64,000 bases of DNA from Octopus sinensis. Lineage: Eukaryota. The notes under the pieces were generated by a model, which made no database searches, was not told the DNA's origin, and saw only the letters and a program-made list of their open reading frames with translations. Location of the stretch: contig NC_043003.1 of NCBI RefSeq assembly GCF_006345805.1, positions 31,682,001-31,746,000 of the forward strand, in the 5' to 3' direction. The position numbers were made by a program, and so were the translations under genes. Positions 27,238 through 38,934 of this stretch are shown piece after piece (position 1 is the stretch's first letter; each line of letters opens with the position of its first letter).

Positions 27238-28845
27238 ATGGATGGACTAATATCAGATCCACAAACAGAAGATACCAAAAATACAGAAAATATTGAAAGG
27301 AATGGAACAGAACCAGACCCCAAACAGGCTTATACCAAACACGCAGAAGACCTAACACAAATCTGCAAAATATGCAATGCTGAAATAAACAAGACAGAAG
27401 CACATCTTCAACAGGGAAATACCAGAAGCATGGAAGATCTACTCACAGAAACCTGTAGTAAGTTAAATTCACTTCTCTCAAAAATTGATACGCTCTTTGC
27501 AAACATTGCTTTAACAATAAATACAATCCAAACACAAAATATTCTCTGTAAAAATAATCAAACAAACACAACTGATAACACAAACCTTCTGGCGGGACTA
27601 CCCCAATCACAAAGGACAACAAATGACGAAGAAACAAAAACTGACACAAACCAAGAAAAACCTTCAAAACCCCAAGACTGGAACAAACTTCTAAACCAAC
27701 GCAAATATGCTTATTGGAAAAACATACGCTGTAAGAACATAGCCAACATATATCAAAACTGGCGGGACTTGAAGAACCCAATACTCCCTAGAAAATTTCT
27801 TATCAAAGAAATAAGGGGTGAAACACTAGAAGAAACAACAATACGTGCAAACCTAGCCCTCTGCCGACTAGAAACGGAAATTTCCCTTCTACAAACACGA
27901 AGCACACACCAGGAAGATAAGATTAAAACAATCGATACCGTCATAATGGCCGAGATAACAGAAAGGAACAATAACCAAAACAAAGAAAAACTACAACAAT
28001 TATGGAAAGAGGATACCGAACGAGAGGAGGAAAGATCCAGATTTATGTGGACCAAACAACATGAGTGGTTTTTAAACTATGAAAAGAACTATGGTGAAGA
28101 ATCAATTATGAAGACAAAAAAACTACCAAAACAAATGAATAGATACAACAAACTAACACCACAAACATACTGGACTCCCAGACATCAAAATAAGCCCTAC
28201 CAAACACAAACCAAAATCCCGCTCCTTACACTGCCGAACCCCCCAATTAACAGATACACAAAATATGAAAGACAACCATCAACCCAAAACCCCACAAAAA
28301 CAAACACACCAACAGCAAGACGAGCACAATACATACAACCAACAACCTATAACACTTGGAGAGAACAAATAGAATATGAACAACCACCAACACATAACAC
28401 TGGACACCCTAAAGGGACACACACATGGAACAATATACAAATGGATAGAAACCAACACATAACCCACAACAAACATCAAGGAAATCGAAACCACACAAAC
28501 ACCAACCCCATGCAACCCCACAAATTTCCAAGATGGATAAAAAACAACTCCCACTATCAATACAATACAAACACAATACATGAACCATCCACCTACCCAC
28601 AAAGAAACCTGAACCCCAGTAATAAATATTGGCTCAACCAACACAGAAGATGGGAAGAAAACAACTACCAAAGACAAAACAACACATACAGACCACACAG
28701 ACCACCCCAACTACAAGAAAACCTAAGAACTGAAAATGGAATTTGGAGACGTAACAACACAACCCATTTTTTAGGGAGAGGATACTTCAACCATACTCCA
28801 GACCCAATACACCAAAAATTCCGGATGAACTCCCAAAACACATAG
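27238..28845 (+). CDS. PLE2 ORF1: predicted helical/coiled-coil N-terminal half plus N/Q/T/P-rich low-complexity C-terminal half
   Basis: Uninterrupted frame (542 codons from TTG 27217; first ATG at 27238) directly downstream of the pLTR; charged heptad-like segments (LETEISLLQTR, EKLQQLWKEDTEREEERSR). Confidence 0.8.
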   Translation: MDGLISDPQTEDTKNTENIERNGTEPDPKQAYTKHAEDLTQICKICNAEINKTEAHLQQGNTRSMEDLLTETCSKLNSLLSKIDTLFANIALTINTIQTQNILCKNNQTNTTDNTNLLAGLPQSQRTTNDEETKTDTNQEKPSKPQDWNKLLNQRKYAYWKNIRCKNIANIYQNWRDLKNPILPRKFLIKEIRGETLEETTIRANLALCRLETEISLLQTRSTHQEDKIKTIDTVIMAEITERNNNQNKEKLQQLWKEDTEREEERSRFMWTKQHEWFLNYEKNYGEESIMKTKKLPKQMNRYNKLTPQTYWTPRHQNKPYQTQTKIPLLTLPNPPINRYTKYERQPSTQNPTKTNTPTARRAQYIQPTTYNTWREQIEYEQPPTHNTGHPKGTHTWNNIQMDRNQHITHNKHQGNRNHTNTNPMQPHKFPRWIKNNSHYQYNTNTIHEPSTYPQRNLNPSNKYWLNQHRRWEENNYQRQNNTYRPHRPPQLQENLRTENGIWRRNNTTHFLGRGYFNHTPDPIHQKFRMNSQNT

Positions 28846-31082
28846 ACCCCAAAATAATAAACTTATCTAAAAGAGAACTTGACGAATATGAAATGAACCT
28901 ACTACTAAAAGGCCTCAAATTTACACCTACACCCACTCCAAACCTCATAGAACTAAAAACTGACATAGATAACTTCAGCCGCTACCTCCGCCTTATGGAA
29001 TTCTTTGAAAATAAAGAAACAGAAGATAACTCAATCATAAGAAAAAAATCCCACTTCACCCCTTACAAGGGAAGTGACAAACACCTTGACACGTACATAG
29101 ACAATATCCAAATTCCCTCTTCACACACACAAATGCAAACAGAATCTCCGCAGAGAAGAAAAGCAAGCCCTACAAAAACTGAAAAATGACAAATCAATCG
29201 TTATAAAAGAAGCTGACAAAGGTGGAGCAATAGTAATTATGGACACAGATTACTACAAAGAAAAGATACTAGAGTACTGAACAACCAGACATATTACAAA
29301 GAGGAACCAACACCACGGAGAAAACAACAATAAGAAAAATTAGAACTTTAGTCAATGAATATCAGGACTCCTTTACAGATAAGGAGGAAGATTATCTATG
29401 CAACTCACAAACCAAAGAAAGCAACTTTTATGGATTACCTAAAATTCATAAAAGCTCGGAAATACAGAGAGCCATAAAGGAACAGAGGAACCACTACATA
29501 AGAGTACAAAGACCTGCAGACCTCACGATGAGACCAATAGTGGCAGGACCCCAGGCACCAACACAACAACTAAGCCACTTCATAGATATACTCCTCAAAC
29601 CTCTATGCCCACAGATTCCAAGCTACATAAGGGATGACATAGACTTCCTCACACACATTCCAAATACAGTCCCGAAAAAAACCATACTTGCAAGCTTTGA
29701 TGTCACAAATCTATACACAAACATACCACACACCCTAGGTCTAGAAGCTATAAAACAATCAATAGAAAAATACAGAGAACTTATAGATGAACGCTTCAAG
29801 ACAAACTTTATCACCCAAGCCACCCAACTAATACTAGAAGAAAACACATTCTCATTCAACAACAAGACATACCGACAGATAAAAGGCACGGCTATGGGTA
29901 CAAAATTCGCACCTTCATATGCCAACCTAGTGATGGGCTTCCTGGAGAAAAAACTATATGACGAAATAGGGAAAGTCTTCGAACACGACTTCAGAGGAGA
30001 CATCAAGAAAAAGTGGAAACGCTACCTCGATGACTGTTTCATCTTTTGGAACAGATCAGAAGAGGACCTACAAACATTCCACAACATCCTCAATACGCTG
30101 CACCCATCTATCAATTTCACAATAGATACCAGCCACAACGAACTTCCCTTCCTAGACATCAACATCAAAATACACAACTCCATCGTCACAACAGACATCC
30201 ACTACAAAAAAACTGACACACATCAATACTTAAATTTCCACTCCTGCCACCCATCCCACACAAAAAGAAACATCCCATATAGTATGGCACGACGAATATG
30301 TAGCATAGTAACTGATTCACAAATACGATTAATAAGACTAGATGAACTCAAAAGCTTCCTCCTAGAGCAAAAATACCCCCTTAAACTAATAGAAAATGGA
30401 ATCACAAGAGCATTAAAACTAGACATCACACAACTCAGGACACCCAAAACAAAAAACAAAGAAAACACTATCCCTTTTATAAACACACACAACCTGGAGT
30501 GGAGTTACCAACATCTTCCAAACCATACATTCAAACCTACCAATAGCCTTACAGAGCCCCAAAATGAAAAACATATTAAACAAATATAGCATAAAAAACA
30601 GTAGACGACAGGACAAAAACCTAAAAAAACACCTAACAAGAGCGAAATTCTCTTCAGAAACTAAAACGGAATTCTTTGCAAAAGAGTGCGGAGATGGTAG
30701 ATGTGGGACCTGCAGCAACCCCACCTACAAATACATAGAGAGCAACAGAGAGATAAGATTTAAAAATGGTGTCATATTCAAAGTAAATGCAGATATGAAC
30801 TGCAAGACGCAGAACGTCATATACTGCATAACCTGCCCCACATGCAAGGAGAATTACGTAGGAGAAACTGGTAATTCTTTGTGCCAGCGAGCCAGGATCC
30901 ACCGACAACATATTCGGCAGGAAGAACTACGCAAAATACCACTAAGCACACACCTAGCTACATGTGGAGAAGGAAAATTTAAGATATTTCCCTTCTACAA
31001 GTGTCCGAAGAATGACACCCCCTTCAGGAGGAATATGGAAAAACATTTCATAGCTAAGTTCTCCCCCAAATTAAATGGCTGA
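28755..31082 (+). pseudogene. PLE2 RT + GIY-YIG endonuclease, interrupted by about 4 frameshifts
   Basis: KIINLS...LLKGLKFTPTP, ADKGGAIV, FYGLPKIHK, RPIV, FDVTNLYTNIP, GTAMG, RYLDD, LPFLDI, CGDGRCGTC linker, NVIYCITC...YVGET, and terminal PKLN. Frame changes near 29120, 29275, 29320 and 30495. Confidence 0.95.
28767..28773 (+). other. Candidate -1 programmed ribosomal frameshift slippery site T_TTT_TTA
   Basis: In the ORF1 frame CAT TTT TTA GGG; the -1 frame is open from 28755 into the PLE INLS/KGLKF motif. Confidence 0.6.
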
Positions 31083-31453
31083 AACTTTACTCAACATACA
31101 TTGAAGGAAAAATCTGTGTGTGTGTAGATGTGTGTATTGCCTGTTATATACATCATATTATATTATTATCTTTATAATTCACTTCCATCTTTACCCTTTA
31201 ATTGTCACTTTAGTTTTAACTTTCCTATGACATACAACTTTCAAGATGGTATAATTTGGTTGTTCATTTTGAACCGATAAAAAGGTTTTTTCAAATATTT
31301 TATGTATAAGTCTGTGTGTGTGTATATATATGTGTTGGTATAAATATCAACACACAAAAATATTTTTTCTTCTCCACTTCCTCCCTTATTTTTATTTTTA
31401 TTTTTATTTTTATTTTTTTATTTTTTATTCTTTATATTTTTATTTATTCTTTA

Positions 31454-31485
<32 letters not shown>

Positions 31486-31596
31486 TTATTTTATTTTATT
31501 TTATTTTTTTTAATTTTTTTTATTTTTTTATTTTTATTTTCCCTTTTCTCTTTTTGTCTCTCTCCCCTTCTCCAAACACACAGACACACACACACA

Positions 31597-31652
<56 letters not shown>

Positions 31653-31746
31653 CACACACAGACACACAGAGAGACACACACACACACACACCTCCACAGA
31701 ATGATCATAGAAAGTGTGACCCCAAATGACATTTGCCAGGCCAACC

Positions 31747-32117
31747 TATGCACAACACACACTCAGTGACATTGAAATGGACGGCCAAAGTTCTTATAAA
31801 ACCACAGGGGGTCCAGCAGACCAACGGAAATAACACTTCTTCACTCTCAGATATAAATGCGCACACACACACACACACACGCACACACACACACACACAC
31901 ACACATACACACATATTTTCTCTCTGTCTCACTTCCTCCTCACCCACTACTACGAAACTATAAAAAGGTTCAAACTACCCACAACTGATTTGATTTGAAA
32001 ACCCACTAGAATGGGAGCAAGCGCTAATCCGAATGATATGATATATATGTAAAAAATGTAATATATAAATAAATATCTACAAATATGAACCATCTGATCT
32101 GAATACCTCAATTTTTC
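31747..32117 (+). repeat. PLE2 3' pseudo-LTR
   Basis: Direct repeat of 26799-27168. Confidence 0.95.
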
Positions 32118-32118
32118 A

Positions 32119-32176
<58 letters not shown>

Positions 32177-32305
32177 GTGTGTGTGTGTATGTGTGTTGTG
32201 TGTGTGTGTATGTGCGTGTGCATGTGTGTGCGTGTGTATGTATTTATGTATATATTATATGTGTGCATATATAACAAGAACAACAACAACAACAACAATA
32301 ATAAT

Positions 32306-32337
<32 letters not shown>

Positions 32338-32338
<1 letters not shown>

Positions 32339-33065
32339 GGTCAGTTACGCCATATGGAGTTACATGGTCAGTTTCACCGTGAAACTAGCATATTAAAAGA
32401 CCAGGGAGTATCATGGAGGTGGCTTAACAAGGGTACCCTAAAAAAGAATACTGAAAGCCTAATCATCGCGGACCAGGACCAGGCATTGAAGACCAACTCA
32501 ATGAAAAATAATATATACCACACAAGTGCATCGGTCCTGTACAGAATGTGTGGGAAGAGGGTCGGACGTGTGACTCACATTGTTAGAGCTTGTGAAAGTC
32601 TTTCACAAAAAGAGAACATGCGCGGGGACAACAAAGTGACCCAAAACCTCCACTGGCTACTATGCACCGGAAGATTTAATGGACGAAAAGAGGAAAGTAA
32701 AAAATCCTCTAGGACTTTGATTTCCAGACAGACAAAATTGTTAGAGCACTGACGGCCGGATATTGTGAACTTTAGGAGGGACAAACAAGAGTGTCTTATA
32801 ATCGACGTAGCCGTGCCAGGAGGTCAACATATCATCACGAAAGAAAGAGAAAAAAATTGATAAATATGGAGACCAGAGAATTGAGATGGCTAATATGTGA
32901 CAGCTACGAGAGTCGAACATAAAGTGCAGCATTGGTTTCAATAGCACCCAAGATGTAGAGATGCCCTACAATCTAGGTGTATTGCAAAAGTCGGCTTGGA
33001 ACTCCACGCATATTGCGTAAAGTACTGAGGCCTTTTGCGCAAAGTACTGTCTGTCTGAGGTCTGA
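32338..33065 (+). mobile_element. R4/Dong-clade non-LTR retrotransposon, 3' fragment (CCHC region plus restriction-like endonuclease), degenerate
   Basis: LHGQF...SWRWLNKGTLKKNTESLIIADQDQALKTN...HI..C...LHWLLC, then RPDIV, IIDVAVPG, KEREKI and terminal ILRKVL; the 5' junction follows (AAC)n(AAT)n. Confidence 0.88.
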
Positions 33066-33074
33066 ATCTTTTGC

Positions 33075-34395
33075 GGTGGAAAATGGAGTATAGCAAGGGG
33101 ACATTAATATACCTATCCTCTATGCAATATACTTTGTTGTGTTGCCACACGCTTTTCAAAACTCTGAAGAGGATAGTTACATAAAATATCGAACAATAGA
33201 GAATGTTTTTAAACTGTCCAGACTGAAATTCAAAACAAAGGTTTTTACTTCAATCATTAGGGAACTTTTATACGCTTACGATTACGATCTTGTCAGTCAT
33301 TCTGAAACAGGTCTGCAATCTCTTGTATCTGCATTTGACTCGGCTTCTGATGACTTTGTCTTGACCATCAACTTGAAAAAACAGTTGTTATGCATCAACC
33401 TGTGTGTGGTGCTGTGTGTAATGCCCCTATACGTTTTGTTAAGGGTAAATCACTTAAGGTTGTTGCTTCGTTCATTACCTTGCAAGCTCTGTACAAAATA
33501 ATGGCAATCTTGATAGAGAAATACAACTGTGAATTCAAAGGGCAGCAAAAGCATTTGGTGGGTTGGAGTCATGTGTTTGGCGCCAGTGACATACAAATAG
33601 CTATACAAAATTGGCTCTTTGCAAATCATTTGTCTCACTATTCCTGTTGTATTCTTGTGAATCATGAACATGTTATGAATAACATTTTAAATTGTCAGAA
33701 CAATTCGACCAAAAATGCCTTCACCGCATTTTAAACATTAAATGGAGTTCTTACTCCAATCACAGATGTCCTTGCATCTGTAGGTATAACCTCAATTAAA
33801 GCTATGATTTTGAGAAACCAAATGAGATTGTGTGGCCATAATGTTCGAATAGCGGATGAACGCATGCCCAAACAGCTGTTTTATGTTGAGCTTGCAGAGG
33901 GGAAACGCTATCGGCATAAACCTAAAAAAAAGTTTTAAGAACGGCATAAGGACTACTATGAAGTCACTAGGAATGGATCCAAAGGACAGAAACCTTTGCT
34001 TCGAATCGAGCTGGATGGTGAACAAAAGTGTGGAGTGGCGTGAAAGAGTTTGAAGAGGCCAGGATAACGGATGCAAGACTTAAAAGAGATTTGAGGAAGT
34101 ATGTTATGATCGAGATGGTGAATCACAATGACCTTTTTGTGTGCACAGTTTGTGACAGACCATGCTACTCTTTTGCTGGGCTCAAATCTCATTTGCGAAC
34201 CAACGGAAAACGAACCTCCACCAACTAATTTGCCTACGTGTCTGTGCACACCTTTGAATGCAATGTATGCTAGAATGTTTGCAAATCTAACGGAGGATTC
34301 AAAAGACATTTTAAGAACCACAAAAATCAGAACTTATCTCCATTTCTTGGTGGTCCAAATCGGATATGCAATCTACGTGGATCCTAAGGTGTAGG
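33075..34395 (+). mobile_element. RTE-clade LINE 3' fragment with C-terminal C2H2 zinc fingers, degenerate
   Basis: GV*QG, YIKYRT...KTKV...RELLYAYD(YADD-like), LTINLKK, RMPKQLFYVELAEGKR, then CTVCDRPCYSFAGLKSHLR and CNVC*NVCKSNGGFKRHFKNH. Confidence 0.88.
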
Positions 34396-36289
34396 TACAT
34401 GAGGTGGTCAAACTCTGTATAAAGTGTATACAACCTCCATATATGTATGTACACATTTATACGTCTGTATAAATATATATGTAAATTACAGTCTAATCTG
34501 AACCTCTACGATTGAATTAGGATCGTTCACGACCAACTTATGACGGCATCCTTGCTCACAGTATGAGCAGAATGTCAAAAGCTTTCATTTTGATGTTCGT
34601 TCGGAAGTTTAACGTCTCGAGCTTGCAGGAAATATTCTAGCAACCAACAGCTAATAAAAGTTTCAGCCGTATTATACACACCACGCATCTTTCATTTCAT
34701 TCTACAGATTAAGAAATTTGATGAACATTGATAATATGAACTGGTACACAAATTATTATAACATATTCCAAATGTTACAAATTACAGATTCCAACTTAGA
34801 AACCATCAACGCTTAATCTATTCCCCCACCTAAATGTTGAAACGATTATAAACTGCTGTGCACATGTAAACGAATTACCTAAAATTGCTACCTGCTCTAC
34901 GCATATTCCTGAAGTTATATTTCACCCATCCCTGTAATTGATATTATTAAAACTGGGATTTTCAAGAGAAGTAGAATTACACTTTTACATTTATTGAAAT
35001 CTCCAGTTTGCTCGATCTCTGATTTTAGGTATAAGTGTGGTCTCAGATTGGATTTGAACAAATAACTCTTCTTTATAATCTAGGGTGGGTAACGCTCTCA
35101 TTCACTAAACCTTTGTCTATTGTACAGATTTGAAATCACGCTTATTAAAAAAATCAATCGATATCTTAACTTTACTATCTTCCACTTCTGCGTGTGATTT
35201 CGTATCACAATAGATATTTTACAGCGCAGCTCAGAAAATAACAACGTTAGACCTCTTTATTCGTACTTGATTCAATAACCAAATCCAATGCTCGTAGTTT
35301 GGATGAAGTCTTGTGCTATGTACACATCTCGGAAGGAGAACACGTTTGAAGAATATAAGTGGATGTGATGGGCGGTGGCGGAAGGGGAGGAATGAAGATT
35401 TAGCTGTTGCAGTTACCTATTGTAAAAAAAGTAAGCTATTAGTCTAGGAAATAGGAAACCTGATAACAACCCATTTTCGATAATTACATCTTTTGTTATT
35501 TTGAACAAACCGAACAAATAAAAAAAAAAATAACTTCGTACTAAGGAGTTTGATATTTTCTTGTTCGTTGCGGTTACTATTACACTGGTGTCAATCTTAT
35601 TGATTCGACATATGGGCGATATTCTCTTGAAAAAATATATATATATAAGTTTCAATCCCATATTACATCTTGTGTAAAAAGTAAAATCCCTATTGATTTT
35701 CTTATATCAAGTGGATTATGAGTGTCACTGGAGATATATTTTCTCGTAAAACCTATTGCATGGTTGGGTCGTCGGCAACTAAAACAGCTTCTCGATCATG
35801 CTTCCCGATTGAGGAGTGTTACCAGAAACATAGAAGAATAAAATATCTTGGATGTATACGTCGTATTGTCAAGGATTATCAAGCGGAACATTAGGAATTC
35901 GGCGTTAGTATTTAGTATCCAGCTTGCTGTAAGACCACTGATTGTGAAGCACTTTTGTAAACTATATCTCAAGGGGAATGCATAGCTACATGCACAGTTA
36001 TATATACGTCTTCACAGCTACACGTATATATAACTGGATAGTCGTTCTGAGGAGGGTAACAATGGAAGATAAGCAAACTAAGAGAAGACAATTTCGAACA
36101 TATAACGACATTAGCTTGGAGTGCCTGTGCAGATGTCATGGTTCAGGTCGCAAGAAAACTCAGTTTCCCCTTGCACCTTAAAGAGCTTGAGTCAAAAACT
36201 CGGGCTGTTAGATATGGATTTTAGAAAATTCAATAATTCATCATTGATTTCTTTAAGTTTAATCACTACCAGCTGTTTATCACGATTTT

Positions 36290-36526
36290 ATTTATTTATT
36301 TATTTACTACCCACAAGGAGTTAAACATGAGGGGACAAAGAAGGACAGACAAACGAATTAAGTTGATTACATCGACCCCAGTGCGTAACTGGTACTTAAT
36401 TTATCGACCTCGAAAGGATGAAAGGCAAAGTCGACCTCGGTGGAATTTGAACTCACAACGTAACGGCAGACGAAATACCGCTAAGCATTTCGCCCGGCGC
36501 GCTAACGTTTCTGCCAGCTCGCTGCC
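36290..36526 (-). mobile_element. tRNA-derived SINE (octopus OR/OK-type), near full length
   Basis: Minus strand GGCAGCGAGCTGGCAGAAACGTTAGC...GAGTTCAAATTCCACCGAGGTCGACTTTGCC...AAGTACCAGTTACGCACTGGGGTCGATG; same family as 1661-1803. Confidence 0.85.
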
Positions 36527-37317
36527 TTTCACGATTTTATTTATTGTAACCTCTAATATAACAAGTAAGCGTTACTGGGACAGTATTCGAACTCAAACTG
36601 TAAACTCAGCTTACAAACTAGCACGAGAAGTTATCACCTATTTCTGTTAACAACAGCTCCATATAATTTTGAAAACGATTACAGTATATATATTTTATTT
36701 AAAGGGATGATTATTAAGTAGATAAAAGTATAGATGTTTTTGAACAGACTATAAAAAATCAGGACATACTGAAAGCAAATTATGCGTGCTATTTAGAGTC
36801 TTTACGCAAATGAATTCAGTGATATGCCTGAGGTGAAACGACAATAACCGCGACTATAAAACCTGTAACGGACGAAACTTTTGGAAAACTTATTTCTATT
36901 CTAATGCGCTCGCCGGAATATTGAATTATAGTCTGTTAAAGACGTCTGATGCGTGTTAAAAGTGATTTTGTTGTGTACAGAGCAAATTGAATTAGCAAAA
37001 TGCTACATTTAGACAATGATAAATCGTACTAGTTGGTTGCCAGTGACATTTGTTACATCTAGATGACATTGCGTACAATTGCAGAGAAGAAATGTATATT
37101 AAGCACATTGAGAACAATTGAGGTAAAAGAATACGTAGAAGTAATTGTATTTAATGTTAAGATTTAAATTTTCAGTCTTCGAAAAGACAGCAGAAAGGTC
37201 GCCCGGTGAATGCTTCATTCTTTACGTCTTTCAAAGTGAATGGACGTATTCTGACTTATGCACATGTTTAAGCATGCAGGTACGTACGGACATCCGTATG
37301 TACGTACGTACGTACGT

Positions 37318-37413
37318 ATGTATGTATGTATGTATGTATGTATGTATGTATGTATGTATGTATGTATGTATGTATGTATGTATGCATGTATGTGTGTGTG
37401 TTTGTAAGTATGC

Positions 37414-37500
<87 letters not shown>
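37318..37500. repeat. (TATG)n and (TATC)n microsatellites
   Basis: Directly visible. Confidence 0.95.
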
Positions 37501-37501
<1 letters not shown>

Positions 37502-37764
37502 GCATGTGTTTATATATTATTTAAAAGAGCTTCAGTCGGCTCCATGTCTGGCTTCTCACGGAAACCTGGCGCGTTCAAGTTCAGGTTACTGACTGAAAAA
37601 ATAGAGAAAGATGAAGATGGCTGCTGAGAGATGGGCTACTTATAGTGAAGGCCGGTCAAATGTGAGATCATTCTAGACACACCAGAGGCATGAAGCTAGT
37701 GGCGTCACGGTGTCTGCTGGGATTTGAAGGGTCTTGGAAGATGACAGAAGCAAGGCGAAAGTCG

Positions 37765-38680
37765 TTTTATCGAACTCGTTTGGCGAATCGCTAGGAGATT
37801 TTATTGACCACCTTTGGCGAACCGCTACGTTATTTTATCTAACTTGTTTAGCGAACCGCTAAGTAATTTTGTCGATCACGGTTGGCGAACTGGTAATTCA
37901 TTTTATCGATCATGGTTGGTGAACCAATAATTCATTTTATAGATCACGTTTGGTGAACCGCTAAGTCATTTTCTCGAACTCGTTTGGTGAACCGGTAAGT
38001 CATTTTATCTATATCCTTTGGCGAAGCGCTATGTCATTTTATCGATCTCGTTGGCGAACCACTAAGTCATTTTATCGATTACGATTGGTGAACTGCTAGG
38101 TCATTTTATCGATTTCGTATGGCTAACCGCAATGTCATTTTATCGATCATGTTTGGCGAACCGCTAATTCATTTTATCGATCTCGTTTGGTGAACCGCGA
38201 TGTCATTTTATCTACCTCGTTTGACGAACCGCTAAGTCGATCATGTTTGCCAAACCGCCAAGTGATTTTATCAATCACGGTTGGCGAACCGCTAGTCATG
38301 TTATCGATCTTGTTTGGCGAACCGCTAGGTCATTTTATCGTTCTTAATTAGCGGACTGCTAGTCCATTTTATCGATCTGGTTTGTCGAACAGCAAGGTCA
38401 CTTTATCGATATCGTTTGGCGAACCGCTAAGTCATTTTATCGACATCCTTTGGCGAAGCGCTAGATCATGTTATCGATCTTGTTTGGCGAACCGCTAAGT
38501 AATTTTATCGATCATTTTAGGCGAACCGCTAGGTCATTATATCGATCATGTTTGGCGAACCGCTAGGTCAGTTTATCGATATCGTTTGGCGAATCGCTAG
38601 ACATTTCATCGATCTCGTTGGCGAACCGTTAAGTCATTTTATCGATCATGTTTGGCGATCCGCTAAATCAATTTATCAAT
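37765..38680 (+). repeat. Minisatellite array, ~34-35 bp unit, about 26 diverged copies
   Basis: Approximate consensus ATCGATCATGTTTGGCGAACCGCTAAGTCATTTT repeated head-to-tail. Confidence 0.95.
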
Positions 38681-38934
38681 CTCCTTTGGGAGTGGTAACG
38701 ACTAGGGTACTGTAGCTAACTGCATATTGTAATCATTCCTCTATTGGTTTCCTATAGTTTTGCTCTCTTTTACAAACCCAGCGAAAATATATTTCCTATT
38801 TCAAAGAAAAGCAAACAATAGATATAAGACCAAAGTTAAAATGATTCTCAACAATTCAACTTCTCTGGTTGACATTAAGATGCCCACCCCCAACAAGGGC
38901 CTTAACTCTCACATTTTATCGTGTCCCAAGCCGT

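Larger units (their letters stand above)
26799..32117 (+). mobile_element. Full-length Penelope-like retroelement 2 (Neptune-type) with direct pseudo-LTRs
   Basis: Near-identical direct repeats 26799-27168 and 31747-32117 flank ORF1 and RT/GIY-YIG coding sequence; the ends lie in TA-rich microsatellite. Confidence 0.95.

Noticed and set aside
29187-29280. Selenocysteine read-through at TGA codons in PLE2
   Set aside because: Both TGAs arise only after the frame has left homology through indels; they are not at conserved residue positions.
29623-30911. Antisense ORFs within PLE2 (and similar ones within the LINEs)
   Set aside because: Shadow frames of the real coding strand caused by compositional bias.
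31236-31295. Hammerhead in the PLE2 3' region (UUCAAGA-UGGU...ACC-GAUA)
   Set aside because: At least three core mismatches and no convincing stems I/III; no canonical hammerhead was found in PLE2.
37765-38680. CRISPR array
   Set aside because: Units are head-to-tail with no unique spacers, they are diverged from each other, there are no cas genes, and the context is eukaryotic.
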